Numbered from the stretch's first letter, positions 8,644 to 18,889 are shown. The stretch is DNA of 57,354 bases from Chitinophagaceae bacterium (GCA_049644925.1 JBARSW010000206.1:1-57354), one strand, 5' to 3'. Numbers and translations are program-made. The notes: generated by a model not told the origin, from the letters alone.

Positions 8644-10851
8644 TTATTGTTTAATAATTTTCTGATTCATTACTTCGCCATCCAACTGGTATTGCAGAAA
8701 ATACATTCCAATTGCAAGGCTGCTCATATCTATAATCATCGTTTGCGCTGTTACTGTTTGCTGTTGCAATAGTTTTCCTTCGGCATTAAATAAAAAAACA
8801 ATTCCGTTTTGTTTCAATCCGTTAATAGTCAGTACATCACTTACGGGATTTGGATACACTGTTAATGCTGCATTTGCCTGTTTATTCAATTTAATAATGT
8901 TAGAATACGTAAATCGGCCATCTATGTCAATGGATTTTAAACGATAAAATGCCACTGTTCTGCTGCTGAAAGTATTAGCATCGGTAAATGAATACAACGA
9001 AACGCCTGCTGCCACATTACCTAAGGTTGTATAAGTTTGCCCATCATCACTACGCTGTACTTCAAAGCGGCTTACGTTTACCTCATTGGCGGTTTTCCAT
9101 TGAAGTATTGCATCGTTGTTTTGTTTACTGCCTGAAAAAGAGATAAGGTTTAATGGCAATGTAGATCCAATATTAGTCCCGGTTACTGCAAACTGACCTC
9201 CAACTGAACTAGTACTGTATATCCGGATATAATATATACTCCCAATAGTAAGCCCACTCATGGATACTGTGTTTGTTGTTGTACAACTTCCCGAATCATC
9301 GTTGCCCAGGCAGGTAAGTGCCGTACAAGTACCGGAAAAAGCCTGAATGCCGGGATCATAACTACAAGGGGAGCCGCTACCATAAACAGAAACAGAGGCA
9401 GTAGTAGCAATAGCCTTGAATTTGTACCAAATATCCCTGGAACCGGTCGCACAGGCACCCGAAAAACTAATACCTTCAGAAGTTCCACCGGCAGTTGATG
9501 TAGCAGTTCCCACAATACTGGCAAGGTCTATTGCCATTTGGCAAATATCATTAGGTACAAGATTTGAATAGGTAACAGAGGTTACATTAGCCTCACAACC
9601 GGTTGGAGTACTACAGCCAGAACGGGGAACAACATACCAGTAATAGGTGCCGGGCAATAAAATAATCGAGGTACTTGTAACGGTGTAAGTGCCATAAAAA
9701 GCCGGAGGATTATTGGTGCCCAGGTAAAGGTCATAATCTGTTGCACCAGCAGCCGCATTCCAGCTAAAGGTTATATTAGCAATGCCAGTGGATGAACCAT
9801 TTGCCGGAGAAATATTCGTTACGCAATTAACTATCTGGCAACCTGAATTAAATGAAGTAACATTGGATTCACACCCGGTTACCTCACAATTAAAACCTAT
9901 TGGTACTACATACCATGAATAGTTTGTATTTACTAAAAGACTGCTGACAATTGCAGAAATACCTGAATAAGTACCCTGTAAGGTAAGGGGAAAGCTGCTA
10001 CCTAAATAAAGTTTATAGGAAACAGCTCCGGATACAGCACTCCAAGTAAGGTTGACAGATGTAGCGTTGATAATACTTCCATTTACCGGTGAGATATTGG
10101 AGGAGCATGATAACGAAGAACAGTCATTCGGTGTCCATGTATATGTTTGACCTGTAGCCGGTGAGGATGCCGGACTGGTTGATGTAATCCGACAGGTACT
10201 ACTACTTGAAATCCCTTCTATAGAAGTAGCCCATGTATCTGAGGGAGAAACAGTATTTACCAACCGGTTATAAATATTGGAAGGAAAGGAATTGGAGCCC
10301 GTTCTTATACCAACTTGTGGCGAGGAGGTACTGGATGTAATATTTTGAAAAGAACCATATACAAACTGCATGGCACCAGTAGACGTATTTAAACGAAGTT
10401 GAAAACTGAATATCTCTGTGTTAATTGCCGAGGTATAACGTTTAACATCTTTCCACTGAAAAATTATTTCATTGCCGGATTGCTCCCACCTGAGTTCCGG
10501 GGAACCACCATCCGCATTTTCGATATCCATACCAAATGGTGCAATAAACCCCGGCACAGCAGTACTAGTGCTAATCGGGGCATAAAGATTAGAAGCAGGG
10601 GCACTGTTTCCTAAAGAAATCCATCCATTGGTATTGGCGGTTACCTGTGTATAGCTAACTCCTTTAAAGGTAAATGCCGTTGGAAGGGCTACCGCAAAAT
10701 TATCATCATCAAAAATCCCGCTGATTAAAACAGTTCCGCCACTAATAGGAACATAAGCACCTGTAGTTTGGGAAAAGGTTAACCCGGAACCCTGTGCTAT
10801 AGAAGAGATGGTAAAAAAAGAGAACAATAATGGCAGCAAAACTTTTCTCAT
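8644..10851 (-). CDS. T9SS type A sorting domain protein with two FN3-like repeats
   Basis: Signal peptide; two internal repeats (NISP.NGS...W....GA..Y.LYLG...WYVVP...TGCE.NVTS); LPLNLISF...YPNP CTD. Confidence 0.9.
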   Translation of the reverse strand: MRKVLLPLLFSFFTISSIAQGSGLTFSQTTGAYVPISGGTVLISGIFDDDNFAVALPTAFTFKGVSYTQVTANTNGWISLGNSAPASNLYAPISTSTAVPGFIAPFGMDIENADGGSPELRWEQSGNEIIFQWKDVKRYTSAINTEIFSFQLRLNTSTGAMQFVYGSFQNITSSTSSPQVGIRTGSNSFPSNIYNRLVNTVSPSDTWATSIEGISSSSTCRITSTSPASSPATGQTYTWTPNDCSSLSCSSNISPVNGSIINATSVNLTWSAVSGAVSYKLYLGSSFPLTLQGTYSGISAIVSSLLVNTNYSWYVVPIGFNCEVTGCESNVTSFNSGCQIVNCVTNISPANGSSTGIANITFSWNAAAGATDYDLYLGTNNPPAFYGTYTVTSTSIILLPGTYYWYVVPRSGCSTPTGCEANVTSVTYSNLVPNDICQMAIDLASIVGTATSTAGGTSEGISFSGACATGSRDIWYKFKAIATTASVSVYGSGSPCSYDPGIQAFSGTCTALTCLGNDDSGSCTTTNTVSMSGLTIGSIYYIRIYSTSSVGGQFAVTGTNIGSTLPLNLISFSGSKQNNDAILQWKTANEVNVSRFEVQRSDDGQTYTTLGNVAAGVSLYSFTDANTFSSRTVAFYRLKSIDIDGRFTYSNIIKLNKQANAALTVYPNPVSDVLTINGLKQNGIVFLFNAEGKLLQQQTVTAQTMIIDMSSLAIGMYFLQYQLDGEVMNQKIIKQ

Positions 10852-10896
10852 AACTATACATTTAACAGTAAAAAATTATTGGTTTAATTTTTACTG

Positions 10897-10943
10897 TAAA
10901 TATGCGTGATGTAAAGACAGGGGGCAATAGCTAATTGTAGCTA
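10897..10943 (-). promoter_or_regulatory. Putative regulator-activated promoter: TAGCTA-N4-TAGCTA (10928-10943) plus degenerate -7 box CATATTTA (10897-10904)
   Basis: Same motif and same 23-bp gap to the -7 box as the sites at 18794, 19077 and 21155. Confidence 0.65.
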
Positions 10944-11001
10944 TAAAAGCCTCTTATTGTGGGTTAGTGGCAAGGCTTCAATTAAGATAAACAAATAATA
11001 A

Positions 11002-11029
11002 AGCAAGGTCTCTTGAAGGAGACGTTGCT
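11002..11029 (-). terminator. Probable terminator of the five-gene exported-protein operon
   Basis: agcaaggtctc/gagacgttgct imperfect stem with an A-rich left flank, just downstream of the stop at 11073. Confidence 0.5.
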
Positions 11030-11072
11030 CACAAAAAATGAAGATTTTTAAGTATCAATTTTTTTGTACAGA

Positions 11073-12671
11073 TCAATTTACTTTCTCAAAAATCCATTCC
11101 TGTGTATCATCATTGAGCACCCTGCTATATAGTTGTACCTTGCCGCCATCTTTGTTTACATCGGCATTTACAGCATCTATAACTTTTCCAGACAGTATAT
11201 TCTTAATAATGTATCTGCCGTTTGGTAGTTTTTCAATACTCCATTCCTGATTTGTACGGGGAAATAACGGATCAGTCCTTTCCCATACCTGCATCAGGCA
11301 TCCATTAACAAATAGTTTCGGAGTAAGGTCGAATGTAATATCTAAAGGATTTGAGGGCGGATCGACCGGGCTACTATTTCCATCTAAGAACTTATCACCG
11401 GAAATGCAACGCAATGTATATCCACCTAAAGGGCCTTTAACTTTTAAAACCATAAACTTATTGTTATCTGGTGTTTCATCTATTCTATTAAGAATCACAT
11501 TGCATCCATTATTATTTACACAGTTTCCTTGTACATCAAGATATTTCCCCCCACTCGCACATTTGATATAATAAGTACCTTGTTCGATATCGGCTGAATT
11601 TCCAAAAACATTTGGGGGTTGTGCCGCTGGGTCAGGATTCTCTGCTTCTACCCAAGTAGTATGTGAGCCAATACCATTGTACCCATATTTGATCCATATA
11701 TATCCTTCTTCACCCCAACTTCTTCCCCATGAATTTCTTACCCTCCATGCCTGTTTACAATCATCCCATCCCACAATAATCACAGCATGATTAAGATCGT
11801 ATGCACTTGAAGGAGGAATTTCATTAAAAATACCTTCTTTATAATTCTGAAAGCACTCAGTTGCTGCTACAGATGTGGCAACTGCACCATGTGCCCGTAT
11901 GGCATTTTTGATTTCTGTTACACTGTTGGGTACGAAAGGTTGTATTGGAATACCAGCATAACCCCATGCTTTTAATTTATAGCGCATTCCTTGAGCTGTA
12001 AAGCATTTATTCTGATCTATTGCTTTATAACTATATACCTCCTCCTTTCCAATACCGGAATTTTGCGTATGAATTAAAGGTAATTCTGAGAAAAAACCAT
12101 TGCAACCATCTGCAAATGGAGTTGCACAATCAATTAAGTTTTGTTCTGAAAGATCAACATCCCAATTGAATCTATTTTTTAAGTTTATTTCTGTTATTCC
12201 TGCAACTGCAAAAGCCCAACAACTACCACAGTCACCTTGATTTCTTATTGGTGGTAGATTAGGTACAATATAGCTATCCAATCGACATTGAATTACCAGA
12301 TCCGTGCCCGGTACAATAGTTGCAGAAGGAATAGCTTTAAGATTAACTCCTTTTAATATTTTTTCAGCAAGTTCGTTTTGGTAGCTCGCAAAATCAATAC
12401 CCAATCCTCTTGCATTATTGTTACTCGTAATTTTCTTCAAATCAATTAAACTAATTTCATTAAGTTCAACTTTGAAGTCATAGTTTTTGTTTACAATGTA
12501 TGATTTAAGATTTACTAATTTCTGCTTTACCGTAAGGCTGGCTTTTAGTTCAAGTGATTGTAAGGTAGGTTTTGGCAAAATGTTTCCCGTATTTATTTTG
12601 GGGAGTTCCTGAGCGTATATGCATTTAGTAAAAAAGGACGTCAGTATAATGCAAAAAAGAAATTTGTTCAT
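11073..12671 (-). CDS. Papain-family (C1) cysteine peptidase with C-terminal ricin-type beta-trefoil
   Basis: QGDCGSCWAF, LSEQ.L.DC, NHAV and NSWG motifs; QxW repeats. Start placed at MNKFLFCII (12671), which gives a signal peptide. Confidence 0.92.
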   Translation of the reverse strand: MNKFLFCIILTSFFTKCIYAQELPKINTGNILPKPTLQSLELKASLTVKQKLVNLKSYIVNKNYDFKVELNEISLIDLKKITSNNNARGLGIDFASYQNELAEKILKGVNLKAIPSATIVPGTDLVIQCRLDSYIVPNLPPIRNQGDCGSCWAFAVAGITEINLKNRFNWDVDLSEQNLIDCATPFADGCNGFFSELPLIHTQNSGIGKEEVYSYKAIDQNKCFTAQGMRYKLKAWGYAGIPIQPFVPNSVTEIKNAIRAHGAVATSVAATECFQNYKEGIFNEIPPSSAYDLNHAVIIVGWDDCKQAWRVRNSWGRSWGEEGYIWIKYGYNGIGSHTTWVEAENPDPAAQPPNVFGNSADIEQGTYYIKCASGGKYLDVQGNCVNNNGCNVILNRIDETPDNNKFMVLKVKGPLGGYTLRCISGDKFLDGNSSPVDPPSNPLDITFDLTPKLFVNGCLMQVWERTDPLFPRTNQEWSIEKLPNGRYIIKNILSGKVIDAVNADVNKDGGKVQLYSRVLNDDTQEWIFEKVN

Positions 12672-12872
12672 GATATTAATGTTTGGGTTGGTGTTTTGTT
12701 TATTATTTATTCGGTCAATGCAAGGTGAAAACAACGATTGTAGTAATATGAATGCAGGTCATTTTATATTATTTTCTGTTTAACTGAATACAGAATAAAT
12801 CGGTTACACTAATAAAAAATTAACGGAATCTTTCTTATAAAACATCTTGTACAAATTAAAAATTTTACAAGA

Positions 12873-14267
12873 CTAATCTCTTACTGTACTATTGACTTCA
12901 AATGAGCCTGCGATTGTACGGTAATACAGGCTTGCCTGAACACCCAAATCACTCCACCTGTTTATTCCCTGTAATCCACTACGCCCCCGCACACATGGAC
13001 TTCCAATTGATGCGATGATCGAAATCACCCTGTTTTCTCTCCGGGGAATTGGGAATTCAAAAATACCTCCGGGACCAAGAGCCGGTACATTCACATTGGT
13101 AACCGGGTTAAAATTACTGTTCCCTAATGTACAGATATAAAGGGTGGTTGCTGAGGATGCTCCTGCTCCGGCATTTTGTACCCTCACGATTAATTGATTA
13201 GAAATGGTTGTTATTTTAGTTTCATTCAAAATATTATTTGCAGGACAAAGCGAAAAAGCAGCTACCTCACTGGCCTTAAGTACGTCACCATAACTTTTAA
13301 AAGCGTTTAAAAAACTAATGGTAAGGCGTGGCTGTGGTGGTGGATTACCGGAAATAGGCGTTCTTACACCAGGTGGCAATGGTTCACATGTTGTGCTTAC
13401 CGTTTGAACCCTTTCCGGATTTACATCCAGAATGCCCGGATAGACAATTATATTGTTTCGTAAATAACCGCCTTTTGGGTATTCTGCATTTTTTAAATTT
13501 GCTGGCATTATCTGATCATAACCAATATTTCCTGTCTTTATCAATGTAGCCCTGAAAGTGATATAATTGTCACTGACATAAGGATCTGAAATATTGCTGA
13601 AAAAACCATTTTCATTAAGTCGGTTAATATTACGGTCCAGCCTGATCGATCCCAGATTCTGACCAGAAATGGAAACTACACCTGTTTCATTTTTCCTGGC
13701 GCTGCTTTTGAAAATATCATCACCGTCTTTTCTGAATTTAATAGTATGAATCCGCTCTTCATTCATAACCTCCAGGTAAAATGGAATACTTTCATCCTTT
13801 CCAAAACCAGCTCTTGGGCGACGTAACTTGACAGTATGCGTACCAATTGCTGCATCTTTGGTAACCATAAACTCCACCACCACATGGGCACCATTGTAGT
13901 TAGGCAATACAGAAGCATGATTGGTATAAATAGTATTACAGGGTCCGTTCTTTTTCTCCAGAATCCGGCTGAAAGTTACACCACTGGTTACATTTGAATT
14001 GGGTGCGGTAACCACCACTTCATCGGTTATATCGAGCCAGTGGCCTATATACATGACAATTACTTTTTCAGCCAAGTTACCTGCACCGGGGCGGATCACT
14101 CTGGGTGAAATATATTGACTTACTGCTAAAAATCTTTCTGAATGAAAGTTGCCGTTTTCCAGGAAAACTTGTGAGGCACTGTTGATCAAAGGGCCGTCGG
14201 GAGTTTGTGACACGCCAATCTTGTTGCACAACAAAGCGAATAATAAATACAAAATTTTCTTTTTCAT
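12873..14267 (-). CDS. Hypothetical exported beta-rich protein
   Basis: Signal peptide from MKKKILYLLFALL (14267); Pro-rich linker followed by a CARDB/Ig-like-looking segment (VRVQNAGAGAS). Confidence 0.75.
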   Translation of the reverse strand: MKKKILYLLFALLCNKIGVSQTPDGPLINSASQVFLENGNFHSERFLAVSQYISPRVIRPGAGNLAEKVIVMYIGHWLDITDEVVVTAPNSNVTSGVTFSRILEKKNGPCNTIYTNHASVLPNYNGAHVVVEFMVTKDAAIGTHTVKLRRPRAGFGKDESIPFYLEVMNEERIHTIKFRKDGDDIFKSSARKNETGVVSISGQNLGSIRLDRNINRLNENGFFSNISDPYVSDNYITFRATLIKTGNIGYDQIMPANLKNAEYPKGGYLRNNIIVYPGILDVNPERVQTVSTTCEPLPPGVRTPISGNPPPQPRLTISFLNAFKSYGDVLKASEVAAFSLCPANNILNETKITTISNQLIVRVQNAGAGASSATTLYICTLGNSNFNPVTNVNVPALGPGGIFEFPIPRRENRVISIIASIGSPCVRGRSGLQGINRWSDLGVQASLYYRTIAGSFEVNSTVRD

Positions 14268-14296
14268 TAAACTATTTTTTGTGTAATCAGGTGTTA

Positions 14297-15430
14297 TCAA
14301 TTAATTCCTAATGCGCTTAAAATCCCATCAATAACATTTCTTGCAATGCCAAAAGCATCGGATAATGCGCTTATAATAATAGAAGCACCATAGCCTGCTT
14401 TATTCATCATATCTGCTACATCATTTGCCGACTTGTTTAAAACTGTTTTTAAGGCATTTCCCACTTTTACACCATCAGCACCTGCTTTTTGCAAAGCATT
14501 AATTATAGCCTGTGGACCAACGCCTAAACTGTTTAAAGCCCTTACCACATCTGTTACCTGAGCGTTCATTCCTTTAATCAAGGCTTCAGTAATTCTATCG
14601 GTTGTATAACCTAAGTTTTTTAAAGTACTATAAGCCAGGTTTATTGATACACTATAAACCTGTTTACCCATAGCTAAAATTGAATTAGCGCCAAATCCAG
14701 CTTGTTTCAACCATCCGGCTACTGTTTCGAAGGAAGCAGTAAATGAGGTTTTTAGTGCATTCCCAATTTCGTTTGCGGTATAGTTAAGTGCCAGTAGTGA
14801 ATTAGCACATGTCTGCCCGTTTTTATTAAGACCTGCTTTAAAGGCATTTGTAATTTCCCCGATTAAAAAGCCAGCCAGCTTTAATGAATTTCCCATGTCA
14901 TTTAACGCATACATTTGGGAACTATTTATGGCTAAAATTATTTGCGTAGCAGTAAAACCTGCGAATTTTAAATTTACCGCCAACTGATCAATACTCAAAT
15001 CGTAAACACGGAAGAGGAGATCAAAACATTGCTGGGCTGTGTATCCAGCAACCTTTAATTTAAATATTAACTGGTCATTTGAATAATTATAAGCAGCTTG
15101 TAATCCCTTTGCAATTTGATCAATTGTCCAGCATCCTTTCATGTTAATAATAATCACTGCTTCGGTGCTGCCAAATACTGTTGCAGTAGCTTTTAATATG
15201 CTTTCTGCAGAGTTGGCATAACTATTTTTTAAATCACAAACTACCTGTAGCAGCGTTTTGCCCTGGTCTTTCAAACGCTGTACATCAGCTGTTGCATCCC
15301 GGAAGATTGTTAACCCTTCAATCCTATTAGCCTGAGTTCTGTTAATGACAGGTTGTGGTGTCTGAGCATTCGTTAAGTAAAAGCTTAATAATAAAGCTGT
15401 AGTAACGGTAAGTTTTTTCAAGATTTTCAT
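14297..15430 (-). CDS. Exported helical 29-aa tandem-repeat protein
   Basis: Signal peptide; LKxAG(Y/F) recurs every 29 residues about 8-9 times. Confidence 0.8.
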   Translation of the reverse strand: MKILKKLTVTTALLLSFYLTNAQTPQPVINRTQANRIEGLTIFRDATADVQRLKDQGKTLLQVVCDLKNSYANSAESILKATATVFGSTEAVIIINMKGCWTIDQIAKGLQAAYNYSNDQLIFKLKVAGYTAQQCFDLLFRVYDLSIDQLAVNLKFAGFTATQIILAINSSQMYALNDMGNSLKLAGFLIGEITNAFKAGLNKNGQTCANSLLALNYTANEIGNALKTSFTASFETVAGWLKQAGFGANSILAMGKQVYSVSINLAYSTLKNLGYTTDRITEALIKGMNAQVTDVVRALNSLGVGPQAIINALQKAGADGVKVGNALKTVLNKSANDVADMMNKAGYGASIIISALSDAFGIARNVIDGILSALGIN

Positions 15431-15583
15431 GTTTAAGATTTTTTGGTTTAATGATTAATGATTCTGATTGGAATTAATTTGTAACTACTATTTGGAAAAA
15501 AGTATGTTAGCATTTTGCTTACTATTTGTGATTGTTTGCTTCTGCTTTACTATTCATGCTTATTTTTTAAGTCTTTGAAATCA

Positions 15584-17389
15584 TCAATTCACCTTTTCAA
15601 ATACCCATACCTGGTTTAAAGCATTATGCTGGTAATCCCATTGCATTACTTCACATCCGTTGGTATTAGTTCTGGGGTTATCCGCATCGAGTACTTTTTT
15701 GCTTTTTTCGTTTTGTAAAACATATCGGTTGCCACCCACATTATAGAAGTACCATATCTGATTGTTCTGAAAAGGCAGGGAGGTTAAATTGTTTTCCCAG
15801 ATTTGAATTCTTGCACCATTATTATTGCTTCCATCTTTAACATCAAGTACTTTATTGGTGCCTCTCATTTTAAGACCATAGGCAGCTCCTTTTTTAAATA
15901 CTTCAAATCTCATATTGTTGCCTCCGTCCTCTTGCCACAGGATAAGTGGTTTGCCGTCTTGACCACTGGTTCCTTGTGCGGCAAGATTTTTACCATCTTT
16001 AAGGCAGGTAATTTTATAAGTGCCTGTTCCGGTTACCAAGGCAGTCCCCGTTATATTTTGTGCTACAACACCAATTGTATTAATAAGTCTATCTGTAAGA
16101 TCAACAAATGTATTTAATGCGTTGCCAACAGGGTTGTTACCAGTTGCACGGGAAATATCAAATCCTGATCCACAACCCATAAATGATCTATCAGGTAACT
16201 TGGTAGGAAATGGAACACTTTCTTTTTCTGAATCAGTTAATTGTTTATATGTTGCCTGCATATACCAACCCTGCTGATGAAAGCAAATTCCACCCAAACC
16301 GAAAGGAGTAATAGCTGTTAAAGCTGTTGGTGCAGAGCCGGCAATTCGAAGTATTTCACCATTCGATCTTTCTGCATCATCATAAGTCAAATTATTAATA
16401 TTAGTAAAACTATTTCTGATTCCCGCAGGTTGAAATCCAATAACTTGAGCAAATACGGTTATGGGGTCGTCCATGAATTCAAAACGCTGAAGTTTCCCTT
16501 CGCCTCCGATAGTAGTTATAAAATCAGTATTAAATGATGCATTTCCAATTTGAGGAGATGCATAAGTATAAATACCCTGTGGTTTGATATTATATCCTTT
16601 AGCCAAAAAATAGGCAAATAATTGAGCAAGTCCTCCACCAAGACTATGGCCGGTTATCCATACTTTTTTGTTTGCTCCTCCCAACTGTACAATTCTGCGG
16701 GCCATTGTATCTGCTATTTTTAATAGCGATAACCACATGCCCTGATGTACCAATGCCTGACCTGGTGTTGGATTGTTATTAATTCTTCCGGGATTAAGTT
16801 TTAAAGCCTGAAAATCGGTAAGCAGCCATTCCTTTGTTTCATAATCAAAAGTATTTTTAGGATCTCTTTGAGCAACTTTATCAGTTCCCCTAAAGGTTAT
16901 AAAAATACTGTTCTCTGCAGGTATTATCATTGCTTCGGGGTCGTATCCATCAAACGAAAATTTGCTTTCAAAAAACTGCATATCGTTTCCTGTATATTGA
17001 GTGGTGGTACTAAAGTATGGACTCACCACCTGTCTGAATTTCTGAACAAATGCATTACTATTAACTTGTAATAGTTCACCAGCTGCTGCCAAATTAGATG
17101 GAGCAACTGTTGGACTTTCAACTTCCAGAATTTTATCTGCATAAATTGCCGTTGATAAATAAGCCAGTAAGAAGGCATTTTTATCATTTCTTCCAGTTGC
17201 ATTTGAAGCAAAGCCTGTATTAAATACGTTTGCTCCCTTTTGCGTTCTTAAAGCAAACATAGGTTGTAAAACCTGTCCGGCTTTTGGCTTTTGTGGAATT
17301 AGTTTTGGCTCTATTTGTGCCTCAGATACTTTGCTGATTAACAATAAAAAAAGCATAGAAGTTTTAAAAAGCTTAAATGTTGATTTCAT
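15584..17389 (-). CDS. Class 3 lipase with C-terminal ricin-type beta-trefoil
   Basis: ITFRGT, VHQG, WITGHSLGGGLA nucleophile elbow, YTYASP.IGN, DDPIT; QIW/QVW repeats; signal peptide. Confidence 0.92.
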   Translation of the reverse strand: MKSTFKLFKTSMLFLLLISKVSEAQIEPKLIPQKPKAGQVLQPMFALRTQKGANVFNTGFASNATGRNDKNAFLLAYLSTAIYADKILEVESPTVAPSNLAAAGELLQVNSNAFVQKFRQVVSPYFSTTTQYTGNDMQFFESKFSFDGYDPEAMIIPAENSIFITFRGTDKVAQRDPKNTFDYETKEWLLTDFQALKLNPGRINNNPTPGQALVHQGMWLSLLKIADTMARRIVQLGGANKKVWITGHSLGGGLAQLFAYFLAKGYNIKPQGIYTYASPQIGNASFNTDFITTIGGEGKLQRFEFMDDPITVFAQVIGFQPAGIRNSFTNINNLTYDDAERSNGEILRIAGSAPTALTAITPFGLGGICFHQQGWYMQATYKQLTDSEKESVPFPTKLPDRSFMGCGSGFDISRATGNNPVGNALNTFVDLTDRLINTIGVVAQNITGTALVTGTGTYKITCLKDGKNLAAQGTSGQDGKPLILWQEDGGNNMRFEVFKKGAAYGLKMRGTNKVLDVKDGSNNNGARIQIWENNLTSLPFQNNQIWYFYNVGGNRYVLQNEKSKKVLDADNPRTNTNGCEVMQWDYQHNALNQVWVFEKVN

Positions 17390-17438
17390 CTCAGTCTGAT
17401 TTATTTAATAATGAATGATTTTAAAAGTGTGTTTTTCA

Positions 17439-18716
17439 TTACCGCATCATGCAACTAATATTGGCAATTGGCGTAAAGGATATAGTTTTATAATTTTTAT
17501 CCATTAAAAGGCGCATGCCATAATTAAGGACCACATTTCTGCTTATACGCCAATCGCCTCCAAAATTTACTGTATAGGGGTGAACAATATCCCATTTTAC
17601 GGAACTGGTTACAATAGTTTTTCCACCCGGAGTAGTAAAAGATTCATTGACAGCATCAATGGGTGTTTTTACCCTTTTGCCTTCATAAATAACTTCTGCA
17701 AAAAAATTGTATATAGGTCCGCCATACCTGAAATTGATACCCATGCTTATCAGATTATTAGCAGCGATTGTGCTGGCAGTTATTTCATCTCCGGTTATAT
17801 TATCTTTTAAATTAAAAGTAACTTCCTCTTCGTAAAATGAACTGCGTATTAAACCGGAAAAAAGGCCCCGTTTACCAATTCCAGTTCCAAAATTCAGCCA
17901 TAAACCATTTGCTGTATTCCTGTTTAGCCTCAATTTTTTTAAGCTACCTGCACTGTCAGTTCCATAAGTATAAATTTTGCCATATGCAAAATCAACATAT
18001 GCTGCATTCCAATTGTCGGCAACAAATTGTGAGGCTTTTGCCTGAATTGCAGTATTTCTTCTGCTGTAAAAAGTTGCTATTTGTAAGTCGTTTTGTCTTA
18101 AAGCATCTCTGGTAGTTTGAAGATCTGAAGGTCTTGTGAGTGAATCCAATGCAGATAGCAATTCTTTTTCTTTGCTCTTTAATTGTGCCATTTCTTCATC
18201 AAAAGTCTTTTGAACATCATCATATGCTCCCTTTATACGTAGCGGGTCTTTTTCTTTAAACAGACTTATTTTAAATGCGCCTCCAATTCGCCGGTCACTG
18301 GTTTCTGTTTGTACTGTTCCAAGGGATACATCAAGTGAAGCCAGCATTCTGCTTATGGCTGAAGCATTTTGGTATTTTTCCAGATTTTTTTTATTATAAA
18401 ATAATTCCCATACTGGTTGTGCCTGTATAGCGAGATTAGGATTAACCCTCCAGTTCTTAAAGCTCCAATCCACTTTAAAATCTTTAATATCTGCTGTTCT
18501 TGCCACCTGGCTTGGTGCCTGGCCCATCAAATCAAATAACGGGGAGGTGGGTATGGCTAATTCCTTTGGCGCCAATTTTTGAGAACCTGCCTCCGTTGAG
18601 CTATTTTGCCCAAATACATTGCTAATTAGAAATATTAAAAAAGCTGTGGTGCAGATTTTCTTGAACAATTTTTTATTACTTAATTGATAGCTTAAATAGT
18701 TCGAAAGATTATTCAT
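17439..18716 (-). CDS. Hypothetical exported protein, possible outer-membrane beta-barrel with helical insertion
   Basis: Signal-peptide-like N-terminus; alternating hydrophobic strands (YTVNFGGDWRI, VVLNYGMR, MGINFRY); charged helical stretch around aa 165-230. Confidence 0.7.
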   Translation of the reverse strand: MNNLSNYLSYQLSNKKLFKKICTTAFLIFLISNVFGQNSSTEAGSQKLAPKELAIPTSPLFDLMGQAPSQVARTADIKDFKVDWSFKNWRVNPNLAIQAQPVWELFYNKKNLEKYQNASAISRMLASLDVSLGTVQTETSDRRIGGAFKISLFKEKDPLRIKGAYDDVQKTFDEEMAQLKSKEKELLSALDSLTRPSDLQTTRDALRQNDLQIATFYSRRNTAIQAKASQFVADNWNAAYVDFAYGKIYTYGTDSAGSLKKLRLNRNTANGLWLNFGTGIGKRGLFSGLIRSSFYEEEVTFNLKDNITGDEITASTIAANNLISMGINFRYGGPIYNFFAEVIYEGKRVKTPIDAVNESFTTPGGKTIVTSSVKWDIVHPYTVNFGGDWRISRNVVLNYGMRLLMDKNYKTISFTPIANISCMMR

Positions 18717-18762
18717 AAAAACTGATTTTTGTTTCTGTGTTTTATCTAATAAATGTTTGATG

Positions 18763-18813
18763 TAAAAATGTATTATAAATAAACTTCAGGCAATAGCTAA
18801 ATATAGCTATTGC
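18763..18813 (-). promoter_or_regulatory. Putative regulator-activated promoter: palindrome gcaaTAGCTA-aata-TAGCTAttgc (18790-18813) plus degenerate -7 box CATTTTTA
   Basis: Perfect 10-bp inverted arms; 23-bp gap to the -7 box; directly upstream of the five-gene operon. Confidence 0.7.
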
Positions 18814-18889
18814 ATACTGCTTTCGTTTTAAGCACTAATAATCCGATTGGTTAGGATAGAAATCAAAAGTGTAAAAAAGTAATTGGATA

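Noticed and set aside
10865..10897. Inverted repeat acagtaaaaaatta/taatttttactgt as a terminator or invertible-promoter end
   Set aside because: AT-only stem in a 5' leader; the arms are too close to flank an invertible promoter and no recombinase is nearby.
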